Origin: a virus
Taxonomy: Duplodnaviria; Caudoviricetes
Virus record (IMG/VR): IMGVR_UViG_3300021442_000250
Location: 24,031 to 88,030 of that record
Length of the DNA stretch: 64,000 nucleotides
Reading direction: 5' to 3' (one strand)
Shown here: piece by piece, positions 21,141 to 31,884 of the stretch
How positions within the stretch are numbered: the stretch's first letter is position 1
How the letters are laid out: every line of letters begins with the position of its first letter
Notes under the pieces: generated by a model
The model's input: the letters and a program-made list of their open reading frames with translations, nothing else
Databases searched by the model: none
Told to the model about the DNA's origin: nothing
Translations under genes and position numbers: made by a program

Positions 21141-24100
21141 ATGGCTAAAAAGAAATTAAACAATTATATATTTCAAACAGGAATTCCTAAAAACGGGAAT
21201 AATTATCCTGTAGCTCATAATCTTATCGATAAAAATAAAGAGTGGATTAAAGATGAAATGATGGGTTATATCGCTGAGAAAACATCTCAAGATACAGCCG
21301 CTGATTTATATCCTAATATATCTAACAGAATTACAAACAATAAAACTTTTATTAAAGATGAAGTATGGGCCTGGGTGGCGGCACAAGTTGCAGGTAACAT
21401 TGCTCCATTTGCCGGTTATACTAAAACTGAAGACACTGTAGAAACAGATGTAGAAGCAGTAGTAGAAGCTATTGCACGTGACGTTAGATATGGTGGAAAT
21501 GAAAATTTAAGACTTCAATCAGGTACATATTTTATAGATGGTGTACTCCAATTAGCTAACAGTGGAGATCCTGAAATCGCATATTGGGGTTATATGCGAA
21601 CACTTATAAAAGATTCTATTTTACCTGGAGGTGCATTTGGTACTTTACAAACTAGTACATCTTACACTCCTACAGGAGCAACATATACGCCAACAACTGG
21701 TGATATGATTTTAACTATTGGTGCTCACACTTTAACAGTTGGACAATCTGTTAGAATTAGTACACTTGGTTTAACTTTTACGTGTGCAATGGACAACAAT
21801 GCAACAAATCACAGTTATCCAAGAGCATCTGGTTCAGCCGCACCCGGTGGTGCTGATTTTTTTTATAATAAACCAGTTAAAGTTACAGCTAAAGATTCAG
21901 TATCAATTACTATAAACGTAGGAGTATCAAGTAATACAACAGCACATACTTTTGTAAGTGCTACTTCTGGTAGTGTACAAAGTGGAACAGTACAAGATTT
22001 AACAGGAACAAATGCTGAAAGTGCCGGTGTTACTGACTTTGATACAAAATTAGGACAATTAATTGAAACAGTTGACAATGGAATTGTTCAATTACCTGCT
22101 CTTACAAGTAGTTCTTATGTATTTGAAAATTTTACTTATAATTCAGATAAGTGCGATAGAGATTATGATTTTATTCTTGATGCATATCTTAATGATTTAC
22201 GTTACAATGGTAACAAACAAACAAGATTTATTGCTTCTAAATTCTGGGTAGGAACAACTCCTCAAATAGATGGAGATAGACAACCAGAAGTTGCCGCAAC
22301 AGATTGGGTTAGAGATTTATTAATTAATTACGTTTTACCAAATAAATCTGTAACTTTCACACCAACAAATGTAGTATACACTCCGACAACTGGAGTAATG
22401 GTATTAACTATTGGATCTCATCCTATGTTGGTTAATGAATATATTAGAATTAATACAAACAGTTTAACATTTACTTGTGCAATGGATAGTCATGCGACTA
22501 ACCATACATATCCTAGAGCGTCTGGATCAAATGCACCTGGTGGGGCTGACTATGCCTATAATGAACCAGTTAAAATTACATCAGTAAGTGCAACATCAAT
22601 TACTGTAAACGTAGGAACATCAACTAATACATCAGCACATACTTTTATAAGTGCTACTACAGGTGCAGTAACACAATCAAAACAAAATCCAGTTGTTACT
22701 ACTCAATTTACAGATGGAAATAATTCTGAATCAAACGCGACAAATAGAATAGTAACATTGTCAAATATTATTTCTGATGTAAAAGCAAATGGTTTAGATA
22801 ATTTACCAGCATTAGAAAAAAATGAAGTATCTAGTTTAAAAGTTGTTAATCCAGGTGGACAAATTAATCATGAAGATATTTTATTAATTACTAACACTAC
22901 AAGAAATACTGTATTATATAATTTTGCTGATGCAAGTCTTGGCTGTACAGTTGAATATGAAAAAGAAACTGACGATGATTTTAAAGCATTCTTACACGGT
23001 AGTGATACTGTAACTACAATATTTTTAAATGCTGATACTTCTAGCCATACAGTTGATGATGCAGTATCAATTTTTGTAGAAGGCGGCGAACTTAGAACAA
23101 GACCATTTGATTTTGGTACTGACGCAATTGAAAGATTTAGAATTGCAAAACCACAATCAATGATAGATGCTGACTTTGAATATGGTCTTCAGCCAACCAA
23201 GTGGCAAGCAATTGGAACACAAAGAGGTTATCCATCAATTTACGAAGTACCGGGAACAGATATAGATATCGCATCAGTAACAACTGACGCATCAACTGGT
23301 ACAGCAGGAATAGGTGCATCATTAATAACTGTAACAACAGTTGGCCCTCACGCCATGTTATCAGGTGATCCTTTAACTATTATAGGTTTTGCAGGATCAG
23401 GTGTAGAAGGGGCAGGTAGAGCACAAGGTTCATTTGTTGTAAATTCTGTAACATCTAATAAAATTTTTACTTACTATGCAAAAGCAAAAGTAGGAACAGC
23501 AAACGGTCAAACAATATCAACTAAATTTACTCAAATGCGTAAAGGTGCATTTTATACTGGAGCAGATTTAGGAGAACCATCGTTCTCTGTTGTATCACAA
23601 GGATCAAGTGGAGCAGTTGCAACTTCATTAAAAGTATTAGCAGGACAATCAATTGTTCCATTTACAGGAGCAACTCCTCCAACAGGAGCTCCAGTTACAG
23701 GAACAGGTATCGCAACAGGTACTCAAATTACAGCAATTACTGGTACAGGTGGAGCTTTAGTTAGTCCAAAAATTAAAGGAGATTATGCTTCAGGTGTAAC
23801 TCAAGTTGAAGTTGTAGATCCGGCAGGTATATTACAAAATTCTGTATTGGATAGAGGAGATGGTTTTGGTACAAATATTATAAACGTTAATGGAGCAGTA
23901 TTAACTTTATCAAGTCCTTTACAATCAAGTTTAGTAGGTGATCAAACAGTTTATTCAAATGTTGCTGGATTAAACAGATCACCAAATGGTACAAGTGCAA
24001 CTTGGCAAATAAGTTGGACAGGTGGTGCTTATACTGTTGTACAAGGAATAACTGGAACAAATTATCAACTTGGTGATGCAATAACAATTCTTGGAACGGC

Positions 24101-27100
24101 TTTAGGTGCATCATCTCCAGCAAATGATGTAACAATTAATATAGACAGTGTAGATACTGGAGGAGAAATTCTTACTTTCAGTTATTCAGGAACTGCATTT
24201 GATGGTACAGGATCAGCTTCAGACATTACTGGTAGCGTACCAGGTGGCGTAGGCACAGGTGGAGAATTTAATATTACTAAAACTAATACTTCATATGCGG
24301 TAGCATTAGCAAGTCAAACCTTTACACTTTTAAATCCTCAATATGCAGGTGGCGGTGGTACTGGATCTATTTGGGACATAACATTCACAAATGGTGTTTA
24401 TAATACTGTTACAATGTCAAACGGTGGATCTGGTTTTATTGTTAATGATACAATTAGAATTGCAGGAACAGAATTTGGTGGACAAGGCGATCTGAATGAA
24501 TTATTAATTAGAGTTACTGGTGTAAGTTCAGGAGTAATAACAAGTCATTCATCTGCAGGTACGGCTCCAGATGCAACAGTAATATATACAAATCCAGCAT
24601 TTACTACAAGTGGTTCAGGTACATTAGCAACATTTAGCGTAACTAGAACAGGAACGGCTTATACAGCAATTATTACAGCGCCAGGAACTAATTATGGAGT
24701 TTCTGATACTATAACAATTGATGGTGGAAATTTAGGTGGTGCATCAACAACAAATGACTGTACATTAACCGTTGCAACTATTGATGGTTCAGGTGGAATA
24801 ACAAGTGTAACTCCTACTGGTTTAGCTGTTAATACAAAGACTATTGCTGGAATAACATCAGGTAATAACTACGTAGGTTCAAATGCTCAATTTAGTGTTA
24901 CTAATCCAGTGGGTGGTAGCTATACTAGTATTACAGCAACAAATGTAGGACAACATTATACATTAGGTCAAGAATTAACAATATTAGGAACACAATTAGG
25001 AGGTTTATCTCCTACACACGATTTAACAATTACATTGGCAACAGCGTTAGGAGCCAATGATGCAATTGTACAAGGTAATTGGACTATTTCTGGTAATGCT
25101 ACAGATGGTCCCGGTACATTAAATTATGTAGCAAATGACATATTAAAAATTAACGGTACAGCATTAGGCGGAGCTAATATTACAAATGATGCATACGTTA
25201 GGGTGTCTAGCGTAGACGCAGAAGGGTCGATTACAGGAGTAGCTGTCACTGGAACCGGAACAGATGGTGATGTAACATATACAGAAGTACCAGAATGGGA
25301 TGGATCAACTATACCAGGATGGACTACAAGTTTAGCAGGAACAGGTGCAACATTTACAATTCAAAGAATAGGAACGGCTTATACAGCTACAGTAGTAGCA
25401 ACAGGTTCGGGATTTGTAGGGACAGAAGCAATAACAATTTTAGGAACACATTTAGGTGGTGCAACACCAGCCAATGATGCTTCATTTACAATTGATACTG
25501 TTAATGCAGGAGCAGTTGCTACTATAAGTGCAGTAACTGGAACAGCGGCTAATACTCAATTATACACAAACGCACCTACAGAAAAAAGAGTAGGTCAAGG
25601 TGAAGCATTTGATATTAGTATCACAGGTGGAAATTATACTGTAGATCAAATTTCACAGGCAGGTACAAATTTCTGGGTAGGACAAATAGTAGTAATTCCT
25701 GGAACATCTTTATTTGGTTCTTCACCAGCAAATGATTGTTCAATAGAAATTACATCAGTAGATGCAGTATCAACTGGTGGAATTACAGGTACAACTGTAA
25801 CTGGAAGTGCTAACACTGGTACAGGTGCCGCAGGAACAATGTTAATTGGTACTAATAGACCACAAACAGGTATTGGAGCAGTATTCTATATAACTAGATC
25901 ATACACAGACGATTCATCAACTACATATACAGAAGCAACAGTTTCTAGTTTAGGAACAGGTTATAATGTAGGAGATCAAATTGTTGTTAGTGGAACAGCA
26001 TTAGGCGGAGGAACTCCTGCACATGATTGTAATGTTACTGTTCAAGCTATAAATTCATCAGGTGGTATATCACAATGTACTCACTCAGGTAGTGCAGTAA
26101 CAGGAACAGGTGTAACAGTTTATTCATCTCTTACTTTATCAGATGTAACTACGCAAGTTTTACCAGCATCATCTACAATAACTTATAGTGCAATAGCAAC
26201 TATACAAGTACAATTTTTAACTCCACATGGTTTAGTTCCAGGAGATGGTTTCTTAGTAACTATTGGATCTGATGATGGAAGTAATAATCACTTATTAGCA
26301 TCAGGACCATTCCTTGTTACAGAACTTCCAGCAACTAATCAATTAAGATTTCAAGCTAGATCACCAGGACAAATTACAGATCTTAACTGGTCTGGATTCG
26401 TATATGTTAGACCAGATTCATTCTTTGTACATAGACCATTTGATGGAGGAGTACAATTAGGAACAGGTGGACCACAACACGGTGCACAGGCAATAAGACA
26501 ATCTAAAAAATATATTAGATATCAATCAGGTAAAGGTATCATGTATACAACAGGTGCCTTGTTTGCTCCATCTTATGATATTTTAAATGTTGTAGCAGAT
26601 GGTAAAACAGTTGGATCTGTAATATCTGTTACTACAGATGAAGTTGACCACGGATTACAAGTTGGTGCAACTATAACATTAATTGGAATAGCACAACAAG
26701 AATTTAATGATGATTATATAGTAATTCAAATTGTAAATGAAAGAACATTTAAAGTTACTGCTAATAGTTCTTTAAGTATGTTAACTCCAGAATTTAAAGA
26801 TCAACCACAAGTATCATTAAAATATTGGAATGGTGCAACTGTAAGATCAGGTATATTTGATGATCAAAATGGAATTTTCTGGGAATATGATGGTGTAAAC
26901 TTAAATCTTTGTCAAAGAACAGCTACAAGACAATTAGCAGGAACAATTTCAGTAAATCCTGATTCTAATACAATTACAGGACTAGGAACAAGATTTAGAG
27001 AACAATTAAAAGCAGGTGATAGAATAGTAATAAGAGGTATGACTCACGTTGTATCTAATGTTGCAGATAATTTAACAATGAATGTTACTCCAGACTATAG

Positions 27101-28853
27101 AGGAGTTAATCCAGCCGCTGGTGTTAAAAGTTGTTTAGTATTTGATAAAAAAGTTAAACAAGAAAATTGGAATTTAGACCCTGTCAATGGAACTGGACCT
27201 AGTGGATATGATTTAAATGTATCTAAGATGCAGATGATAGGTCTACAAATGTCCTGGTACGGAGCAGGATTTATCGATTACATGACAAGAGGTGGTGATG
27301 GTAACTTTATTTTCTGTCACAGAATGAGAAATTCTAACATTAATACAGAAGCATATATGAGAACAGGTAACCAACCTGTGCGTTATGAAGTTACTAATGA
27401 AGGTCCAAATGGTAAACTTTCAGATAATATAAATGCTGGAGATACAACAATAAGATTAGTAGATGCTTCTTTCTTTCCACCAAATGGCGGAACGCTTTAT
27501 ATAGATAATGAAATTATAACATACACAACTGTTACTGGTAATAAATTAACAGGTGTTACTAGAGCAACTCAATTAACTAACTTTTCTTCAGGAGCCACTA
27601 GATCATATACAGCAGGTCCGGCGGCTGAACACTATAGAAATACTGGAGTTGTATTAATTAGTAACACGGCAAGTCCAATTATATCTCACTGGGGATCATC
27701 TTACATAACAGATGGTGACTTTGATGAAGAACGTGGATATTTGTTTAGTTATGCGGCAACGAATACAGAATTAGAAACTACGAAAAAAACTGTGTTCCTA
27801 ATAAGATTAGCACCATCAGTTGCTAACGCTTTAACAGGAGACCTTGGAGATAGAGACTTGCTTAACAGAGCCCAGTTGCTACTTGAAGGTATAGAAATTA
27901 CAACAGAACCTATGGCTAGTAACCCAGGTTCACTGGTCTTACAAGGAGTGCTTAATCCTCAAAACTATCCATTAGATCCAAGTGATATAGGTTGGACGGG
28001 ACTGTCAGGAACTGCACAAGGTGGTCAACCATCGTTTGCTCAAATAGCGGCAGGTGGTTCGGTTAACTGGAACGGTGGAGCTACTCAGGTTACTGCAACA
28101 GCAGACACATCGGCGGCAATTTCAACTCAAGTTACAAACAACTGGTGGAATATGGGTAGTTGGTATAACAATTATTCATACTGGTTAAAAGAAGATGGTC
28201 CAGGAAACAACAATGGTTTTGATGGCAGAGATATTAAAGTAGGAGATTCAGTAAGTGGTGGTAGTTTCCCAGCAGGCACAATTATTACAGAGCTTTATGA
28301 ATATTCTTATTACTATCTAGCATACTACAGTAATAATCACGGTGGTATTCCGATGGGAACAGCAATTACGTTTTCTATGGGAGGTACATTAACTAATACA
28401 AACTACTTGTACATGGATCCAACTTCATGGGAAGCTTCAAATGCCACACAAGGTACAGAATTACAAGACACTAATTTTCCATCTGGTACATCTGTTATTA
28501 GTGTAGACCCATTAGGAAGATATGGTCCAGTTGCTACTGGTACAACTTATTATAAAGTAACGTTTTCACAAACATCAACAGCGGCTATTGCCGCAGGTGC
28601 AAGTGTAACGTTCTTATTTGGTAATCCACCATATGCACAACCAGGTGAAATGATCTTTTCATTCGTTGCACAACCAGGTGAAAGAGCAACATTATCTCTT
28701 GCTCCGATCAAGGAATTGACTAATACTACATTAGGTGGAAGAGGAACATTTCCTAATGGTCCAGATGTGTTAGCAATTAACGTATATAGAACAGGTGGAA
28801 CTGGAGCAGTTAACGGTACAGTTACACTGCGTTGGTCAGAAGCTCAAGCGTAA
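21141..28853 (+). CDS. 2570-aa giant virion structural protein
   Basis: Gly/Thr-rich beta repeats; DADFEYGLQPTKW and RQSKKYIRYQSGKG blocks; eight G.Y..GD.I.I.GT.LGG..P.ND repeats. Confidence 0.7.
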   Translation: MAKKKLNNYIFQTGIPKNGNNYPVAHNLIDKNKEWIKDEMMGYIAEKTSQDTAADLYPNISNRITNNKTFIKDEVWAWVAAQVAGNIAPFAGYTKTEDTVETDVEAVVEAIARDVRYGGNENLRLQSGTYFIDGVLQLANSGDPEIAYWGYMRTLIKDSILPGGAFGTLQTSTSYTPTGATYTPTTGDMILTIGAHTLTVGQSVRISTLGLTFTCAMDNNATNHSYPRASGSAAPGGADFFYNKPVKVTAKDSVSITINVGVSSNTTAHTFVSATSGSVQSGTVQDLTGTNAESAGVTDFDTKLGQLIETVDNGIVQLPALTSSSYVFENFTYNSDKCDRDYDFILDAYLNDLRYNGNKQTRFIASKFWVGTTPQIDGDRQPEVAATDWVRDLLINYVLPNKSVTFTPTNVVYTPTTGVMVLTIGSHPMLVNEYIRINTNSLTFTCAMDSHATNHTYPRASGSNAPGGADYAYNEPVKITSVSATSITVNVGTSTNTSAHTFISATTGAVTQSKQNPVVTTQFTDGNNSESNATNRIVTLSNIISDVKANGLDNLPALEKNEVSSLKVVNPGGQINHEDILLITNTTRNTVLYNFADASLGCTVEYEKETDDDFKAFLHGSDTVTTIFLNADTSSHTVDDAVSIFVEGGELRTRPFDFGTDAIERFRIAKPQSMIDADFEYGLQPTKWQAIGTQRGYPSIYEVPGTDIDIASVTTDASTGTAGIGASLITVTTVGPHAMLSGDPLTIIGFAGSGVEGAGRAQGSFVVNSVTSNKIFTYYAKAKVGTANGQTISTKFTQMRKGAFYTGADLGEPSFSVVSQGSSGAVATSLKVLAGQSIVPFTGATPPTGAPVTGTGIATGTQITAITGTGGALVSPKIKGDYASGVTQVEVVDPAGILQNSVLDRGDGFGTNIINVNGAVLTLSSPLQSSLVGDQTVYSNVAGLNRSPNGTSATWQISWTGGAYTVVQGITGTNYQLGDAITILGTALGASSPANDVTINIDSVDTGGEILTFSYSGTAFDGTGSASDITGSVPGGVGTGGEFNITKTNTSYAVALASQTFTLLNPQYAGGGGTGSIWDITFTNGVYNTVTMSNGGSGFIVNDTIRIAGTEFGGQGDLNELLIRVTGVSSGVITSHSSAGTAPDATVIYTNPAFTTSGSGTLATFSVTRTGTAYTAIITAPGTNYGVSDTITIDGGNLGGASTTNDCTLTVATIDGSGGITSVTPTGLAVNTKTIAGITSGNNYVGSNAQFSVTNPVGGSYTSITATNVGQHYTLGQELTILGTQLGGLSPTHDLTITLATALGANDAIVQGNWTISGNATDGPGTLNYVANDILKINGTALGGANITNDAYVRVSSVDAEGSITGVAVTGTGTDGDVTYTEVPEWDGSTIPGWTTSLAGTGATFTIQRIGTAYTATVVATGSGFVGTEAITILGTHLGGATPANDASFTIDTVNAGAVATISAVTGTAANTQLYTNAPTEKRVGQGEAFDISITGGNYTVDQISQAGTNFWVGQIVVIPGTSLFGSSPANDCSIEITSVDAVSTGGITGTTVTGSANTGTGAAGTMLIGTNRPQTGIGAVFYITRSYTDDSSTTYTEATVSSLGTGYNVGDQIVVSGTALGGGTPAHDCNVTVQAINSSGGISQCTHSGSAVTGTGVTVYSSLTLSDVTTQVLPASSTITYSAIATIQVQFLTPHGLVPGDGFLVTIGSDDGSNNHLLASGPFLVTELPATNQLRFQARSPGQITDLNWSGFVYVRPDSFFVHRPFDGGVQLGTGGPQHGAQAIRQSKKYIRYQSGKGIMYTTGALFAPSYDILNVVADGKTVGSVISVTTDEVDHGLQVGATITLIGIAQQEFNDDYIVIQIVNERTFKVTANSSLSMLTPEFKDQPQVSLKYWNGATVRSGIFDDQNGIFWEYDGVNLNLCQRTATRQLAGTISVNPDSNTITGLGTRFREQLKAGDRIVIRGMTHVVSNVADNLTMNVTPDYRGVNPAAGVKSCLVFDKKVKQENWNLDPVNGTGPSGYDLNVSKMQMIGLQMSWYGAGFIDYMTRGGDGNFIFCHRMRNSNINTEAYMRTGNQPVRYEVTNEGPNGKLSDNINAGDTTIRLVDASFFPPNGGTLYIDNEIITYTTVTGNKLTGVTRATQLTNFSSGATRSYTAGPAAEHYRNTGVVLISNTASPIISHWGSSYITDGDFDEERGYLFSYAATNTELETTKKTVFLIRLAPSVANALTGDLGDRDLLNRAQLLLEGIEITTEPMASNPGSLVLQGVLNPQNYPLDPSDIGWTGLSGTAQGGQPSFAQIAAGGSVNWNGGATQVTATADTSAAISTQVTNNWWNMGSWYNNYSYWLKEDGPGNNNGFDGRDIKVGDSVSGGSFPAGTIITELYEYSYYYLAYYSNNHGGIPMGTAITFSMGGTLTNTNYLYMDPTSWEASNATQGTELQDTNFPSGTSVISVDPLGRYGPVATGTTYYKVTFSQTSTAAIAAGASVTFLFGNPPYAQPGEMIFSFVAQPGERATLSLAPIKELTNTTLGGRGTFPNGPDVLAINVYRTGGTGAVNGTVTLRWSEAQA
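24000..26110 (+). repeat. Eight degenerate protein repeats (G.Y..GD.ITI.GT.LGG..PAND.TI.V) within the 2570-aa protein; boundaries approximate
   Basis: Seen in translation, e.g. GTNYQLGDAITILGTALGASSPAND, GTNYGVSDTITIDGGNLGGASTTND, GTGYNVGDQIVVSGTALGGGTPAHD. Confidence 0.8.
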
Positions 28854-29246
28854 TTATTTCTTTTCAGGATTGTCTTTTTTTGATTGGCTATCGCCTTTTA
28901 TAACTCTATAATTATCTTCGGAATGATCAGGTGTGCTAACTTCGGATACGCTACCATGATCAGATACTAATTCTAATTGGTGAGGCATTAATGGTGGATT
29001 ATACCAAGTTTCTCCTTCTTTAAAATCTTTAGTATATAAAGTTGCATCTTTAGTATCAATCCAATGTAATTTAAATGTTCCACTATTGCAAAACCATGTT
29101 TCATCTTTATCTTTATGAAAATGCATACTAAATTTTGCACCTTTTTTAGTAAACACCATAATTTTTCCACAGTATTTGTCGCTAGAAGCCCATATTAATT
29201 CATAGCCCCAACCCATTTCTCTTTTACCTAGTTTATTGATCATCAA
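28854..29246 (-). CDS. Cupin, sugar isomerase-like (mannose-6-P isomerase type II / lyxose isomerase-like)
   Basis: WGYELIW, KYCGK, SMHFHKDKDETW, PHQL, EVSTP. Confidence 0.75.
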   Translation of the reverse strand: MMINKLGKREMGWGYELIWASSDKYCGKIMVFTKKGAKFSMHFHKDKDETWFCNSGTFKLHWIDTKDATLYTKDFKEGETWYNPPLMPHQLELVSDHGSVSEVSTPDHSEDNYRVIKGDSQSKKDNPEKK

Positions 29247-30054
29247 TAAATTCCTTAATTGTTTTCCAATTAATGTTTATATGTTTATTTAATTTTGTTA
29301 AATCGGCGCAAGTATAAGTTTGATATTGTTTGCTTAAATTTAATGGCATAGGTATTGTTTCTAACTTGGCATTGTATTTTTCAGCAATAATTTTAGCTAC
29401 TCTTAAAAAACTAGTAGATTTACCAGTACCTACATTAAAAATACCACTAATATCTTGCTCTAACATTTGTTGATGTACTTTACATACATCACTAACACAA
29501 ACAAAATCTCTAAGATAATTTTCACTATTTTCAAAAATTTTAATTGATTTATTTTCTTTAGCTTGTTTTGTAAATTTAGTTATAGGAGATGCTTGATCTT
29601 TTTTATCTTCTTCATGATGACCATACACATTAAAATATCTAAATCCTTGTACAAGAATTTGAAATCCATCTTTATCTACAGATTCTATAAAACGATCAAA
29701 GAAATATTTGCTCCATGCATAAGCATTCATTGGGTACACAGGACCTTCTTCATTAAAATTACCTGTAGTTCCATATACACTAGCAGAGCTGGCATATTGA
29801 AAATTTGTTCCCATACTATCACATAATTGTAATAATCTCATACTGAAATCATAATTTTGTTTCATTATTTTGTTTACATCGGTTTCAGTAGTTGTAGAAA
29901 TTGCTCCTAAATGAATTATCCAATCATATTTTGATGGATCTGGAAAAGAATTTTCTATATAATCATAACCTTCTACAGTATGTCCTTTGGTTTGTAAATG
30001 TGCAAACAAATTACGTCCTATAAATCCTTTATATCCTGTTATTAAAATATTCAT
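29233..30054 (-). CDS. hldD: ADP-L-glycero-D-manno-heptose 6-epimerase
   Basis: ILITGYKGFIG, HLGAISTT, YASSASVYG, YAWSK (YxxxK), FRYFNVYG, RDFVCV, YQTYTCAD; start MNILITG at 30054; hldE nearby. Confidence 0.85.
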   Translation of the reverse strand: MNILITGYKGFIGRNLFAHLQTKGHTVEGYDYIENSFPDPSKYDWIIHLGAISTTTETDVNKIMKQNYDFSMRLLQLCDSMGTNFQYASSASVYGTTGNFNEEGPVYPMNAYAWSKYFFDRFIESVDKDGFQILVQGFRYFNVYGHHEEDKKDQASPITKFTKQAKENKSIKIFENSENYLRDFVCVSDVCKVHQQMLEQDISGIFNVGTGKSTSFLRVAKIIAEKYNAKLETIPMPLNLSKQYQTYTCADLTKLNKHININWKTIKEFIDDQ

Positions 30055-30653
30055 TAGTATCCGTCTGTTTGCCAATCTCTAGTTAATTTACATATTTCTT
30101 CTGGTATAGACAAATAAGAATATTTGCTATCTGGAATTGGTACAAAATTAATATTAATTGCTATTCTAACTTTTTCATCTGTACAAGTAGAACCTGAATG
30201 ATTTAGATAGCTAGGAAAAATAACCATTGAATTTGCAACACTAGGTATTTGTACACCATTTTTAAATTCAGTATATCCATTATTAGTATTAACATAAAAT
30301 ATTGCTGTAAGTGAGCAAGGATGAATAGTATCTACATGGTATCCGTGAACAACTACTTTATCGGCTTTTGGAACAAGATTAGCTTTAATTCTAACAAAGT
30401 TTATTGGATCTAAAACTGCAAAAATTGGCATTAAAATTTCCCAATTTTCTCCTTGTGTAACAATTTTACTAAATTCTTGAAATTGATGTACAAATTGTTG
30501 TTGATATTCTGATGTACCTGGTTTTGCAGTGGCCTCACCTACAACATAATCATAGTAATACCAAGGAAAACTTTTATCCATTATTCTATTTCTTAATTTT
30601 TCAAAATCTTCAGTACTTAATACATCATTAACAGTTATAATTTTATCTTTCAT
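30054..30653 (-). CDS. 2OG-Fe(II) oxygenase
   Basis: RIKANL, HVD (HxD), TAIFYVNTNNGYT, H.G.TCTD..RIAIN; typical marine-phage 2OG family. Confidence 0.85.
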   Translation of the reverse strand: MKDKIITVNDVLSTEDFEKLRNRIMDKSFPWYYYDYVVGEATAKPGTSEYQQQFVHQFQEFSKIVTQGENWEILMPIFAVLDPINFVRIKANLVPKADKVVVHGYHVDTIHPCSLTAIFYVNTNNGYTEFKNGVQIPSVANSMVIFPSYLNHSGSTCTDEKVRIAININFVPIPDSKYSYLSIPEEICKLTRDWQTDGY

Positions 30654-31884
30654 TTTTAATTTTCTCTATTATATCACTTGTAGAATGTCCTTCTATTCTT
30701 GAAAAAATTTTAACTTCTGCAAGTTCATTTCCTATTACTGTTTCTACAGTCCAATCACCACCTTTTACTATAATATCTGGCATAATTTCTTGCATAAGAT
30801 TGTGTGGATTATCTTCTTCAAAAACTTTAACTTCATCTACCCACGGTAACATCATTAATTGTTTAATTCTTTTATCAACATCATTAATAGGTCTATCAGG
30901 ACCTTTTATTTTTTTAACACTAGCATCACTATTAATTCCAACAATTAATTTTTTACCTAAACTTTTTGCATATTTTAATAACTCTAAATGACCTATATGT
31001 AAAATATCAAATACTCCATTAGTAAAAATAACTCCTTTTTGTAAATCATTTAAAGTAACAGGAACAACACCACGTTGTTCTACATTTCTAGCTGATGCCA
31101 TACACGCCAATTTACAACATTCAAATATATTAATATCTTTGGATATACCATAAGCTAATACACTTAAAAATGTATCTCCTGCGCCTGTAACATCAGCAAC
31201 ATCTTTTGCTTTTTCTTTTAATAATTGATATTCACCTGTAGTAGATAATACATGAGCACCATTACTACCATCTGTAACTATTAACCATGTCCATTGATGA
31301 TCTCGCATAAATTTAAGAGCATCACTAATTGAAAATACACCATTCCATTCTTTGTATTCTTTCATATTAGGTTTAACAATATAGGCACCATCATAGGTAT
31401 CTGCACTTTGTTTTGGATCTATTATTACATATTTTGTTTTTTCTAATAATTTAGATATTGTATCTTTTTTAATAACACCTTTACTATAATCACTAACAAT
31501 TACTATATCATTTTCATTACAATCAACGGTAATTTCATTAGAATAGTTTTCTTCTTTATCTAATCTTAAAACGTGTTTACCACCTTGACCTATTATTCTT
31601 GTTTTAGTAGTTGTAATAGAATGGTTATAATTTAATTTAGGATGTATATCTTTATTCAAAAATAATTTTATTAATTTTTTACCTGCTTCATCTTGCCCTA
31701 CTGCACCATATAATTCGCAAGGTACTTTTAAATTTGCAATATTAACTGCAACATTTCCAGCACCACCTATACTATATCTTTTATTATGTTCTTTTAAAAC
31801 TAATACAGGACCTTCAGGTGAAACTCTGTTAGCTTGACCTTCTATCCATACATCTAGCATAATATCGCCTATTATTTTAATCAT
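30643..31884 (-). CDS. hldE: Bifunctional heptose-7-phosphate kinase / heptose-1-phosphate adenylyltransferase
   Basis: GDIMLD, RVSPEGPV, GGAGNVA, SDYSKG, DVTGAGDT (PfkB) fused to FTNGVFDILHIGH, VGINSDASV, KGGDW. Confidence 0.92.
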   Translation of the reverse strand: MIKIIGDIMLDVWIEGQANRVSPEGPVLVLKEHNKRYSIGGAGNVAVNIANLKVPCELYGAVGQDEAGKKLIKLFLNKDIHPKLNYNHSITTTKTRIIGQGGKHVLRLDKEENYSNEITVDCNENDIVIVSDYSKGVIKKDTISKLLEKTKYVIIDPKQSADTYDGAYIVKPNMKEYKEWNGVFSISDALKFMRDHQWTWLIVTDGSNGAHVLSTTGEYQLLKEKAKDVADVTGAGDTFLSVLAYGISKDINIFECCKLACMASARNVEQRGVVPVTLNDLQKGVIFTNGVFDILHIGHLELLKYAKSLGKKLIVGINSDASVKKIKGPDRPINDVDKRIKQLMMLPWVDEVKVFEEDNPHNLMQEIMPDIIVKGGDWTVETVIGNELAEVKIFSRIEGHSTSDIIEKIKNER

